Origin: an archaeon
Lineage (GTDB): Archaea; Asgardarchaeota; Thorarchaeia; Thorarchaeales; Thorarchaeaceae
Direction of reading: 5' to 3'
DNA: 64,000 nucleotides
Assembly: GCA_024276825.1 (NCBI GenBank)
Contig: JAJRWI010000042.1
Coordinates: 1-64,000 of the forward strand
The position numbers and the translations under genes are program-made. Every line of letters begins with the position of its first letter. Within the stretch, counting starts at the first letter, position 1. Shown one piece after another: positions 9,670-19,638 of this stretch. Below the pieces are notes generated by a model. The model saw only the letters and a program-made list of their open reading frames with translations. It did no database searches and was not told the DNA's origin.

Positions 9670-11703
9670 ATGATGATAGTTGTTGGAGTAGATGTTGGCG
9701 GCACGTTTACTGATATTATCGCGGTCAACACAAGGACTGGTAGGCAAGTAGTCCACAAGGTCCCCTCCACGCCCAATGAACAGGACAGAGCTGTAATCAA
9801 AGGGCTTATGGAGATTCTGAAGAGTGAGAGAATTGATGGCTCGGAAGTTGAAATGGTGGTTCATGGAACAACAGTGGCTACAAATGCATTGATTCAACGG
9901 AAAGGCGCGGAGGTCTGCCTAATTACCACAAGAGGGCTTGAGGACATAATTGAGATTGGAAGGCAGAACAGACTAGATATCTATGACCTCACAGCCCAAC
10001 GTCCTGAGCCACTGGTCAGAAGAAACCATAGAATTGGAGTCAGAGAGAGAGTGGACTACCAGGGAAACATAATAGAGGATATTGAAGAAACGGAGATAGC
10101 AAGAGCAGCTGAAAGGATTGAGAGGATAAATCCAGACTCTGTTGCTGTATCACTGCTTTACTCGTTCAAAAACCCAAAACATGAACAGTTGTTGAAGCAG
10201 GCTTTGGAGAAGCTTGGCAAATACTATGTAGTCATCTCATCCGAGGTCCTTCCTGAATTTCGAGAGTATGAGCGTACATCGACCACAGTCCTTGAAGCCT
10301 ATCTGGGGCCGCTCATGACAGAGTATCTCTCAAGATTGGAGAGGTCTGTTTCAGAGATCTTGCCAAAGTCAAAGGTCACCGTCATGCAGTCTAATGGAGG
10401 AACCATGCTTGCGTCAAAGGCAAAGGGACATGTTATCAGTCTCGCAGTTTCGGGACTGGCGGGAGGTGTGATAGGAGCTTGGACGATTGCAAATGCAAGA
10501 GGTCTGAAGAATGTCATCACCCTTGACATGGGCGGCACGAGCTGTGATATCAGTTCAATCATGGAGAGGATAGTCATTAAACCTGATAATGAAGTCGAAG
10601 GGCAACCTCTTCGAGCGCCATCAATTGATGTGACAACAATTGGTGCGGGAGGAGGCAGTATCGCTTGGATTGATGACATGAATGTGCTGCACGTGGGGCC
10701 CCAGAGTGCAGGAGCAGTTCCCGGGCCTGCCAGCTATGATCTGGGAGGGATGGATGCCACAGTCACTGATGCAAATCTCATTATTGGAAGAATAAATCCT
10801 AATTACTTTCTTGGTGGCAAAAAGAGGATTGAGATGAGACTCGCTAGAAAAGCCATTGGTAGAATTGCAGAGCATCTTGGCATGACAGTTGAAGAGGCCG
10901 CCTTGGGAATCATCAGGATTTCCACTTCAAACATGGTGGAAGCCATTCGAGATGTGACAATTGAGAGAGGACATGACCCACGAGATTTTGTCTTGGTCGC
11001 ATTTGGAGGCGCCGGACCAACGCAAGCAGTGGACATTGCAGAGATGCTTGAGATAGACTCGATTCTCATTCCGCCATATCCAGGAATTACTTCAGCATTC
11101 GGACTGTTGTGCGCAGACTTGAGGACGGATTTAGTGCAAACAGTTCTGTTTGAAGAGTTGGAAGATGACAATAGACTAAGATCTGTCTTTGAAGAGTTGA
11201 GCATGCAGGCCAAAGAACGGCTTGTTGAACAAGGGGCAAGAGAGGACGAGGTTCATTTTGAATGGAGCATGGACATGAGATACAAGGGACAATCACATGA
11301 GCTTGAGATCGAGGTTGCACAGGATTCAGAGAACTTGTTTAGAACAACCAAAGCAGACTTTGAAAGAGTACACGAAAGCCGCTTTGGCTATTCATTGCCA
11401 GAGAGAGAAGTGGAGTGGGTTTCTGCGAGAGTCGCAGCAATATCCGAACAGCAGAGTCTCATTAAGAAGCCAGTCATCAGTATCAATCATGGAACACCTA
11501 TAGAAGAGCGAACAACCATAATCGAAAATGCGGAGTCGGTATTGGCCCAGGTATATAGAAGAGAGATGCTTGGTATCAATCAAGAGGTCCAAGGCCCTGC
11601 AATAATCGAACAAGTCGATACAACCATCTATATCGCCAAGAATTGGACAGGCATTCAACAAGAGGATGGCACGCTTTTACTAAGGAGGGAGAAAAATGAT
11701 TGA
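9670..11703 (+). CDS. Hydantoinase A / 5-oxoprolinase ATP-binding subunit
   Basis: GVDVGGTFTD, HGTTVATNA, DMGGTSCD, IGAGGGSIA, FGGAGP. Confidence 0.93.
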   Translation: MMIVVGVDVGGTFTDIIAVNTRTGRQVVHKVPSTPNEQDRAVIKGLMEILKSERIDGSEVEMVVHGTTVATNALIQRKGAEVCLITTRGLEDIIEIGRQNRLDIYDLTAQRPEPLVRRNHRIGVRERVDYQGNIIEDIEETEIARAAERIERINPDSVAVSLLYSFKNPKHEQLLKQALEKLGKYYVVISSEVLPEFREYERTSTTVLEAYLGPLMTEYLSRLERSVSEILPKSKVTVMQSNGGTMLASKAKGHVISLAVSGLAGGVIGAWTIANARGLKNVITLDMGGTSCDISSIMERIVIKPDNEVEGQPLRAPSIDVTTIGAGGGSIAWIDDMNVLHVGPQSAGAVPGPASYDLGGMDATVTDANLIIGRINPNYFLGGKKRIEMRLARKAIGRIAEHLGMTVEEAALGIIRISTSNMVEAIRDVTIERGHDPRDFVLVAFGGAGPTQAVDIAEMLEIDSILIPPYPGITSAFGLLCADLRTDLVQTVLFEELEDDNRLRSVFEELSMQAKERLVEQGAREDEVHFEWSMDMRYKGQSHELEIEVAQDSENLFRTTKADFERVHESRFGYSLPEREVEWVSARVAAISEQQSLIKKPVISINHGTPIEERTTIIENAESVLAQVYRREMLGINQEVQGPAIIEQVDTTIYIAKNWTGIQQEDGTLLLRREKND

Positions 11704-13285
11704 TGATCCAATTCGATTTGAAGTTATCAAGAACAGTCTGGTCTCCGTTGCTAGAGAGATGAGCATAGCACTTAGAATGAGTGCCTTCAGTCCGAATATT
11801 AAGGAAAGGCGGGATTGCAGTTGTGCTGTATTTGACAAGGAGGGTAACCTTGTCACTCAGTCCGAGGATATTCCTGTTCATTTAGGGGCCATGCCACTTT
11901 CAGTAAAGGCATGCATTGAAGCAATCGGTAATGAGATGAAACTTGGCGTAATGGCACTGCTTAATGACCCGTTCTCAGGGGGTTCGCATCTACCTGATCT
12001 CACTCTTGTCGCGCCTATATTCAATGACAATGATTGCATTGGTTATGTGGCAAATAGGGCACATCATGCGGACATCGGCGGGACAAGTCCAGGTTCAATG
12101 CCAGGACTGGCAGTGACTATTCATGAGGAGGGCGTATTGATTAAGCCACGGATAGTGGTGCGAAATGGAAGACTTGTCAGAGAGAGTATAAAAGACCTGA
12201 TGCTGCAGACAAGGACTCCTGATGAAAGGCATGGTGATTTCTCAGCACAGATTGCTGCCAACACAGTAGGCATCAGGAGAGTCATTGAATGTGCGGAACG
12301 TTATGGTTGGAATGAGATTATTAAGACAATGAAGGATCTTCAAGAATACTCCGCTGGGAGAATGAGAATTGCACTAATGAAGTATGATGGTTTGCAGGCC
12401 AGTTTTGAGGACCTGATGGACAGTGACGGAGCAGGAACTTGGGATATTCCAATCCGTGTATCAATCAGGTTCAAAAATGGAGAAGCTTACTTGGACTTTA
12501 GCGGGACTATGCAACAGGTCAGAGGGAACATAAACTGCCCGCTGGCATCTACATTGTCCGCGGTATATTATGTATTCATTGCTCTATTTGCCAAAGACAT
12601 CCCGGTAAACCAAGGTTGTTGGAACCGCATTCACATCTATGCGCCCGAAGGCTCACTCCTCAATCCGCATTATCCTGCGGCTGTATCTGCAGGCAATGTG
12701 GAAACAACACAGAGGATTGTTGATGTCATTCTCGGAGCGCTGGCACAGATTATGCCTGATTCCATCCCTGCGGCAAGTCAGGGGACAATGAACAACCTTT
12801 CAATTGGGGGGATTGACCCAAGAACACAAAAGGCATTCTCATTCTATGAGACCATTGGTGGTGGAGTTGGTGCTTCGAAGGGCATGCATGGTACAAGTGG
12901 AATCCATTCTCATATGACAAACACATTAAACACACCTATTGAGGTTTTAGAAACCGACTACCCTCTTCGAGTACTGAGATATTCAATCCGCAGAGGCAGT
13001 GGTGGAGATGGAAAGTGGCAAGGCGGAGATGGACTCGTTCGTGAGATTCAGATACTTGCTGATGAATGCACAATCTCAGTGCAGTCAGAACGTAGACATA
13101 GGGGACCATGGGGGTTAACTGGCGGGGGTAAGGGGATGGCTGGAAAGAACACGCTGGTAGTGTTTGACACTGAATATATATTGCAGGCCAAGTCCACCGT
13201 AGATGTGTTCAAAGACACGGTGATAAGAATTGAAACACCTGGTGGTGGCGGATGGGGAAAAAGTTCCCCCAGCCAACAGATATGA
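11696..13285 (+). CDS. Hydantoinase B / 5-oxoprolinase subunit
   Basis: SPNIKERRDCSCA, PVHLG, NDPFSGGSHLPD, HHADIGG, ETPGGGGWG. Overlaps the upstream gene (operon). Confidence 0.93.
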   Translation: MIDDPIRFEVIKNSLVSVAREMSIALRMSAFSPNIKERRDCSCAVFDKEGNLVTQSEDIPVHLGAMPLSVKACIEAIGNEMKLGVMALLNDPFSGGSHLPDLTLVAPIFNDNDCIGYVANRAHHADIGGTSPGSMPGLAVTIHEEGVLIKPRIVVRNGRLVRESIKDLMLQTRTPDERHGDFSAQIAANTVGIRRVIECAERYGWNEIIKTMKDLQEYSAGRMRIALMKYDGLQASFEDLMDSDGAGTWDIPIRVSIRFKNGEAYLDFSGTMQQVRGNINCPLASTLSAVYYVFIALFAKDIPVNQGCWNRIHIYAPEGSLLNPHYPAAVSAGNVETTQRIVDVILGALAQIMPDSIPAASQGTMNNLSIGGIDPRTQKAFSFYETIGGGVGASKGMHGTSGIHSHMTNTLNTPIEVLETDYPLRVLRYSIRRGSGGDGKWQGGDGLVREIQILADECTISVQSERRHRGPWGLTGGGKGMAGKNTLVVFDTEYILQAKSTVDVFKDTVIRIETPGGGGWGKSSPSQQI

Positions 13286-13290
13286 TCAGC

Positions 13291-14034
13291 TTATCCCAAG
13301 AAAGTGGTTCCATTGACAGCATTGACTCGGATAACTTTGCTCTGGGAGCCTGAACCAACCTTTACATAATAAGTGGGAATATAAACACCTTCAAGTTTCT
13401 TGAATGTCAATGTCTGAGAGGCCACACGCTTGATATTCTTTGGTTTCACAGACGCGCGCTTTTGATATGCCTTGAGAAACTTGTCAAGAGAATTGTATTT
13501 ACCAGGTGCCACCTTGACCTTCTTCAACCAAGCCGAGGATGCAGGCTTTCTTCCAGCTCCTTTAACGACTTTGGCCAGAGTCCTCGCAGGATAGCCTGTT
13601 CGCCCATCAAAGACTTCGGTTTCTGTTCTCTTTATCTCATATAACTCAACCATGTCAAGCTCGACGCGTCTTGTTGGAGGTTCCTTGCTCCTTTTAGGAG
13701 GGAGAACATCCTTTCCAACGAGAACGCCAGCGACTTCTTCTTGAAGTCCAATTTCCTGCTTCCGAACAACAAGAAGCTTCCTTTCCAGTAAGGCATCACA
13801 GTTGATATAGAACTCGTATTTCAAGGAGGGCTTGCCAATGGACAGGTCACTGGCCGAAACACCGAGAGCCTCACTGCCAAGTTCTGCAGCCAGTTTCTTC
13901 GCTTTTTCTGGTTTGACCTTCTCCTTGAGGTAGAACAATTTTTTTTGTGCTTTCACTTTTAGCTTAGCATCAGGTCCTGTTATTTTAAACAGAGCGGTTG
14001 ATAGTTTGGATTTGGATGACTTTTTCTTTGCCAT
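13291..14034 (-). CDS. Hypothetical Lys-rich basic protein
   Basis: Long ORF downstream of gltX. ATG 14034 after GAGGTG. C-terminal VYIPTYYV...VNAVNG motif. Confidence 0.65.
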   Translation of the reverse strand: MAKKKSSKSKLSTALFKITGPDAKLKVKAQKKLFYLKEKVKPEKAKKLAAELGSEALGVSASDLSIGKPSLKYEFYINCDALLERKLLVVRKQEIGLQEEVAGVLVGKDVLPPKRSKEPPTRRVELDMVELYEIKRTETEVFDGRTGYPARTLAKVVKGAGRKPASSAWLKKVKVAPGKYNSLDKFLKAYQKRASVKPKNIKRVASQTLTFKKLEGVYIPTYYVKVGSGSQSKVIRVNAVNGTTFLG

Positions 14035-14071
14035 AAAGACACACCTCATAATTGAGGACATGAACAGCTCT

Positions 14072-15802
14072 TTACTTATGAGCAAATGCCACTTTAATCT
14101 TCTCATCTATTGAGTACACTCGTCCAAAACCAACACGTTCGAATTGGACAAAGTCATCAACCTTCAAACTCCTTGCAGATGGCTCCGCAAGACCTGTCAG
14201 CAGAGACCCGTCAACCATGGACACCTCAATCTCGACGTTTGTCTTGTGCGGCACCCAGTGAAGAATGCGACCACCCTTCTCGCGAATGACATCTACATCC
14301 TTACTATGAAACTCGGCAGAGTATGGTTCATTCTTATGTAAGATGAAATTGGCCAAGTCTTTCATTCGAAACAGCGTACCATCGCCCATGCTTTCAAAGT
14401 CTTTCTTTGGAATCCCGAGGGTGAGTGAACCATTCTCACGTTCAAGGGGAATCTCACGAACACCGCGGTCTGGAAAATCTGGATGAACTGGAGCCTTCGC
14501 TTTTGTGATATCATCTGGAAGGCCATTAATGTTAAGCCAGACAGGCGAGAAGACCAAGAACAGGCGAGGGCTCTCAGCATCACGAATCTTGCGGTTTTCT
14601 GAATACACGGGCTTCATCGATATTGAGATATCAACAATGCTTAGTCCAAGATCAAGCATGGCCTTCCTCAATGCATCAGGATGAATTCCCCGTTTGGCCA
14701 ATGATTGCAGGCTCCAAGTGCGAGGATCGTCCCAGCCGGTGTATATTCCATCTTTCACTTCTTGTCGCGATTTGCTCTTACTGAGCGAGGCATCTTGAAA
14801 TCTCAGTCTGCCATAGTAGATCAGTTCAGGATGTTTCCACCCATATATGTCCCAAATATGTTGCTCAATCTTTCCCTCTTTAACAAGATCCTTTCCGCGT
14901 ATTATATGGGAGATTCCAAGTTCATGATCATCAATTCCCCATGAGAATTCAAGCAGAGGCCAGACACGATATTTTGAACCTACACGAGGATGTTCGGACT
15001 CCGAGATTCTTAGAATTACATGATCTCGCATGGCAGGATCGGGGTCATCCATGCCAGTTTTCAAACGAACAGCAGCACCCCGCTCGGGATATGTTCCGTC
15101 AAGCATTTTCTCCCAACGTGCAAGATTCTCTTCAACAGACAGGGAACGGCAGGGACACGCCTTTTTTTGAATCTTGTATTCATTCCGCCAGATTTCAGCA
15201 TCACAATCACAGACATAGGCCTTCTGACGCTTAATTAGGTCCACAGCATATTTGTAGAATATCTCTAATCTGTCGGATTTGTAAACGGTCTTGTGAACAT
15301 TCACACCAAGATAGTCTAGACCCTCTTTAATCAGGTCATAGGCTTCAGGTTCTACTACTTTAATATCAGAACCTATAGTATCATCATAGACCAGAATAAG
15401 TTCACCATTGTATCGCTTCACATAATAATCATTGAGTATCACCATTCTGGCATTTCCTATGTGCAAGGGGCCTGATGGGAATGGAGCCAGTCTCATGACG
15501 ATATGGTCCCATTTATCCAGATTTGGAAGTTCTGGGAGACCCTTCTCATCTGGCACTTCATTCTCAGTATCAAGCAGTTCTGGAGCAATTCGCCTCAATT
15601 CTTCAATCTGTTCTTCCAGAGATATCTGCTCTACTTCCTTCACTATTCTCTCGACAAGCGCCTTAACTTCTTTCGCTCTAGGCCGTAGATCTGCTCTACT
15701 CCCCATTAGAGCACTCATCACAGATTTCACATTGGGCTTGCCTTCATATTTAACTGCATTATCAAGCACAACCTTACGAATCTCAAGTTCAATATCTTCC
15801 AC
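14072..15802 (-). CDS. gltX: Glutamate--tRNA ligase (archaeal type)
   Basis: RLAPFPSGPLHIGNAR (HIGH-like), LSKSK (KMSKS-like), GWDDPR, QFERVGF. Probable GTG start at 15802. Confidence 0.95.
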   Translation of the reverse strand: MEDIELEIRKVVLDNAVKYEGKPNVKSVMSALMGSRADLRPRAKEVKALVERIVKEVEQISLEEQIEELRRIAPELLDTENEVPDEKGLPELPNLDKWDHIVMRLAPFPSGPLHIGNARMVILNDYYVKRYNGELILVYDDTIGSDIKVVEPEAYDLIKEGLDYLGVNVHKTVYKSDRLEIFYKYAVDLIKRQKAYVCDCDAEIWRNEYKIQKKACPCRSLSVEENLARWEKMLDGTYPERGAAVRLKTGMDDPDPAMRDHVILRISESEHPRVGSKYRVWPLLEFSWGIDDHELGISHIIRGKDLVKEGKIEQHIWDIYGWKHPELIYYGRLRFQDASLSKSKSRQEVKDGIYTGWDDPRTWSLQSLAKRGIHPDALRKAMLDLGLSIVDISISMKPVYSENRKIRDAESPRLFLVFSPVWLNINGLPDDITKAKAPVHPDFPDRGVREIPLERENGSLTLGIPKKDFESMGDGTLFRMKDLANFILHKNEPYSAEFHSKDVDVIREKGGRILHWVPHKTNVEIEVSMVDGSLLTGLAEPSARSLKVDDFVQFERVGFGRVYSIDEKIKVAFAHK

Positions 15803-15958
15803 AAGGACCAACCCGAGTATAATGCTATTTGGTAATGTTTTAATGTTAATGGGTAAGGCACGGAACAACCCCCAGAAAGGTTCCACCATATCAAGGAGAC
15901 GCTTATTTAGTCAGATGTGGGGGTATTATGAGTAAGATTAGATTCAGGGTGTTTACAA

Positions 15959-16228
15959 TTGTCCGAGCAATTGAAATGTTGTAAGCGATGCGGCGCGTTC
16001 TATACTTGCACACATAAGGGTGAGTGCTGTCCCGAATGTGAGTATTTCGACCCAATCGATCAGGTGTGCTTAGCAGTTGATGAGCCAAAGCCTGTTGAAA
16101 AAGTCGAAGTACGAAACGAAGTGGATGATGTAGACCCCGAAACTTTCTTGTTCGAAGATGATGAGGAAGATGAGGACTTTGTCGTCGAAGATCACAATGC
16201 TAATGACTTTGATGATGACTGGGACTAG
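15959..16228 (+). CDS. Small Cys-rich (zinc-finger) protein with highly acidic C-terminal tail
   Basis: CKRC...CPEC plus an Asp/Glu-rich tail. Confidence 0.7.
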   Translation: MSEQLKCCKRCGAFYTCTHKGECCPECEYFDPIDQVCLAVDEPKPVEKVEVRNEVDDVDPETFLFEDDEEDEDFVVEDHNANDFDDDWD

Positions 16229-17013
16229 GGAGTAAATGCAGGCAGGTTGTAGAAATACAGACCCAATAGTAGAAATGCAAAGAACAATAATATCAATGAG
16301 TTTGATACTAACCAACCCTTTGCACTCTTCTTTGTTATCTTTATTGGACCCAAAGGCTTCAGACCGGTAGGAGCCTTGTCATGCGGATCAACAACACGCC
16401 AGAGTATTTCGAGAGGACTTGCATCACTTGGAAAAATATCAAGAATCAAGTGAGATGCATAGCCAAACAAGAATAGTGATGTGATGTAATACTCCACATG
16501 GGCGCCAGTGTTTTGAAGACCATATTCTGTTATTGAAAAGAACACATTGGCAAGAGTACCAATGATAACTAGAAGGGGCAATATGAATGAATGAAATATC
16601 AGATTGCGATGGCGAGATATGCCCAAGAAAGTGATATCCCAGTCTGGCATTAATGCACCAGACAGCATGATCAGCATTCCGATGAATATTGAGATATTGC
16701 CAATGATAGGAATTCCCGTGGTGAACTGATAAACTACCGATCCAACTAAAGAACCAATGCAAAAAGTGATGAAGGCCAGAGCACTGATAGCACTCTTATT
16801 GCTTGTTGTTCGATCCTCTTCTTCCTTATGTGGTGCCTTCCAATATAATATGGGAACAGCGATGATGGTAAGAGCTATGCCACCAGCGAGATAGAACCAG
16901 AGCAGATCAAGAAGATGACCAATATCTGACCGCCACACGCTGAAGGCATAGATCAGTGAATATATTGCAACAAACAGTGAAATTGCAAACATCATGTGAG
17001 ATAGCTTATTCAT
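16225..17013 (-). CDS. Membrane-bound metal-dependent hydrolase (YdjM-like)
   Basis: Multiple TM segments with PDWD, HRNLIFHS and SHLILD motifs. Confidence 0.7.
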   Translation of the reverse strand: MNKLSHMMFAISLFVAIYSLIYAFSVWRSDIGHLLDLLWFYLAGGIALTIIAVPILYWKAPHKEEEDRTTSNKSAISALAFITFCIGSLVGSVVYQFTTGIPIIGNISIFIGMLIMLSGALMPDWDITFLGISRHRNLIFHSFILPLLVIIGTLANVFFSITEYGLQNTGAHVEYYITSLFLFGYASHLILDIFPSDASPLEILWRVVDPHDKAPTGLKPLGPIKITKKSAKGWLVSNSLILLFFAFLLLGLYFYNLPAFTP

Positions 17014-17108
17014 TCTAATAGCCCCTTGATAGTGAACCAATAGGTTGCTAAATGAACACAAAAGGCAATCTTATCTTTTTCTACTGGGTGTTATACCAAC
17101 ACTAATAG

Positions 17109-17531
17109 TTGCCAGATCAACAGATATTGCGATCGACCATGACATATCAAGACCGCAAGTTTAATAGTAATGATCTGCTCACACCATTCTGTGATGGTTG
17201 TGGCAATTACAAGGGGGTAGGGCAATGTAGTAGATGCAACGAAGGCGTGGGAGATAGAAACGAGCATATGCACGCCAGATCATGCATTATATGTGAAGGA
17301 AGAGCGCTGGTATCTTGTCATATGTGCGGGACAGCATATTGTGGGCAGCACGGAAAGCGGTACAAGGAGAGGATATTGCAGGGGATTGATCATCACATTG
17401 GCACCTGCACTCTATGCGGTTTGATAATCTGCGAGAACTGCTGGATAGTAATCAATGGTGCTATTCAGTGCATGAAACACCTCAAGGAAACGAGAAACGA
17501 TAGCTCGAATTTAACTTGGAAACATTTATGA
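17109..17531 (+). CDS. Cys/His-rich multi-zinc-finger protein (B-box-like)
   Basis: Repeated CxxC and CxxH motifs (CDGC, CSRC, CIIC, CHMC, CGQH, CTLC, CENC, CMKH). Confidence 0.65.
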   Translation: MPDQQILRSTMTYQDRKFNSNDLLTPFCDGCGNYKGVGQCSRCNEGVGDRNEHMHARSCIICEGRALVSCHMCGTAYCGQHGKRYKERILQGIDHHIGTCTLCGLIICENCWIVINGAIQCMKHLKETRNDSSNLTWKHL

Positions 17532-17562
17532 TAGTGTGAACAAAACAAATGTAGGAGATAAC

Positions 17563-18675
17563 ATGCCTGAAGCGGTCTTTATTGTGAACCTAGATGAGTT
17601 TCAAGGGTTCATAGTGAGTCAGAAGTATCCACCAAGCATAGTTCTAAACGAGCGTGTGCTTAATCTGATATTCTATGAGCTTCAAAAGAAAAAGAAAGAA
17701 CAGGCAAATGTTATTGAGATTGACGGAATGAGGATTGTCCCATATACTGATGAGAAACATCCTATGTGGTTTGTTTGCTTTATTCTTGGTGAGAATGAGC
17801 AGTATAACGAAATTGTTGAAGAGATAGAAGGAATGTCCAGACTGATTCTGATGTTAATGGAGGATATTACGGAAAGAATCGATCTTGAGTACATTTTTAC
17901 AAACCGTCTAAAACTGGAGAAACCAAATGATGAGCAGATTTGTGCAGCCATCTTTAGTACACCATCCAGTGCACTATTGCTAGAAAAAATCGAAGATGAA
18001 TGTCTTGAAAGATCTGCTAGACTCGCCCTCTGGTTAAAAAGTCAGATTCAGAGTGATGATGTGGATCTCAGAGAGGCAATAATGCCCCTTATGAAGGCGG
18101 GCATTGTAAATGTAGAAATGGTGGCCAAGACTGCTGAGATGGTATTTCTTGTGAAAGACATCTTCACTTACAGGGCGCCACCTACTAGGGCCTTACAAGC
18201 TGCAAAAGAAAGTCATCCGCAAATCTCGGATTGGTATGAGGAACAGATAAGGAACTTTTTCTCACCACCACCGCCCAATAAGGGATATAATCCAACAATT
18301 CAGACAGATAATCCGAACTCACCCATCATGGAGGACCGAGCAAAAATCGCTAAATTTCTTGCTGAGAGCAAGTACTATGAGATCATCAAGTGCTTGAGAG
18401 AGGGACCATGCAGTCTGGACACTCTTGTTCGACGAATTCCGTTCCCCAAGCAATTGATTGAAAAGGCCTTGTTCAAAATGATGACTGAGAGAATCATAGC
18501 AAATAATGAGGAAGAGGGCTTATGGATGCTGATTACTGATCCACGAGTGGATATATTTCTTCCAGAGTTTGCTTTGAAGTTGATAGTAAGAAAATATAAA
18601 GAAAAAGATGTGAGTAAGGAGATTGCCTTGCGTCACCTTGACAACTTGATAGAGGTGTGGAGGGAGGCTGGTTGA
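17563..18675 (+). CDS. Putative longin/uDENN (NPRL2-like) domain protein with C-terminal winged helix
   Basis: N-terminus AVFIVNLDEFQGFIVSQKYP resembles the hhhhxF(D/H)xxxGPxhxxxxP start of NPRL2/DENN longins. C-terminal IIKCLREGPCSLDTLVRRIPFPKQLIEKALFKM is wHTH-like. AGGAG SD. Confidence 0.55.
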   Translation: MPEAVFIVNLDEFQGFIVSQKYPPSIVLNERVLNLIFYELQKKKKEQANVIEIDGMRIVPYTDEKHPMWFVCFILGENEQYNEIVEEIEGMSRLILMLMEDITERIDLEYIFTNRLKLEKPNDEQICAAIFSTPSSALLLEKIEDECLERSARLALWLKSQIQSDDVDLREAIMPLMKAGIVNVEMVAKTAEMVFLVKDIFTYRAPPTRALQAAKESHPQISDWYEEQIRNFFSPPPPNKGYNPTIQTDNPNSPIMEDRAKIAKFLAESKYYEIIKCLREGPCSLDTLVRRIPFPKQLIEKALFKMMTERIIANNEEEGLWMLITDPRVDIFLPEFALKLIVRKYKEKDVSKEIALRHLDNLIEVWREAG

Positions 18676-19520
18676 TTAGAAGCATTTACATCCTTGGAGA
18701 ACACAACCATATTATCTACTCTAAAGAATATGCAAAGGTCGAATCAAAAGAGGCATTAATTGAGTTTCTCATCAATCTGTCACAATTCATCAGAACTATG
18801 GATCTTAACAGCAAGACTGAATACATGAACATAGCCATGATGAGACTGTTCTATACAGTACGAAACAAATATGCATTCGTGTTTATTGCCGATAAATCAG
18901 ATGACACCTCACAACTTGAAGAAAAGATGACTCAACTTGTTGATGTCTTCATGAGAGAGTATGCTGTACTTCCAGACCCAAGCCTGAAAATGGATGGCTT
19001 TGATGCAAAGGTCGATGAGATTGCTGTCACCATGGTTAAAGTAGCAATCCTTGGCTATGCAGGGGTTGGAAAGACCACCACTCTACACCTTCTACGAGGA
19101 GAAACATTGCCCCTTGTTCATGATCCGACGATTGGCGTTTCTATCAAGAAATTGCCGGAGGAGATTAGTAATGCAAACATCGTTCTTTGGGACCTCGCAG
19201 GACAGCAGAGATTTAGCATTCTTTGGGGCAAGATGCTGGCAAATGCTCAAGTCGTTGTAATTGTCACTGACAGTACCCTCGAAAATGTTCTAAAGAGCAA
19301 GAAGCTGGTCCAACTGGTTCATGAGGAGGTCCCTGATGCCAAGGTCATTGGAATTGCAAACAAGCAGGACTTGCCAACTGCATTGACCCCGGAGAGAGTT
19401 GGTCAAATTCTGGGTGTTCCCACGTATGAACTTGTCGCAATCGATATCAGTTATAGAGATAGACTCATTCAAATAATCAGAAAGGCAATCCTTGAGGGCA
19501 AGGGCGACGCAGGGAACTAA
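18672..19520 (+). CDS. Longin domain + Ras-superfamily (Arf/Rab-like) small GTPase fusion
   Basis: MIRSIYILGEHNHIIYSKEY longin-type start. G1 GYAGVGKT, G2 PTIG, G3 WDLAGQ, G4 NKQD. TTGA overlap with the upstream stop. Confidence 0.88.
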   Translation: MIRSIYILGEHNHIIYSKEYAKVESKEALIEFLINLSQFIRTMDLNSKTEYMNIAMMRLFYTVRNKYAFVFIADKSDDTSQLEEKMTQLVDVFMREYAVLPDPSLKMDGFDAKVDEIAVTMVKVAILGYAGVGKTTTLHLLRGETLPLVHDPTIGVSIKKLPEEISNANIVLWDLAGQQRFSILWGKMLANAQVVVIVTDSTLENVLKSKKLVQLVHEEVPDAKVIGIANKQDLPTALTPERVGQILGVPTYELVAIDISYRDRLIQIIRKAILEGKGDAGN

Positions 19521-19638
19521 GAGGAAGCATGCACATAATCAAGTAACATGTAAACATTCATTGCTTTGTATATCATGACAAAGTTAATTATGGATACCTT
19601 CAGTGAGATAAGTAGATGGGACAAAAAGGTGACAAAAT

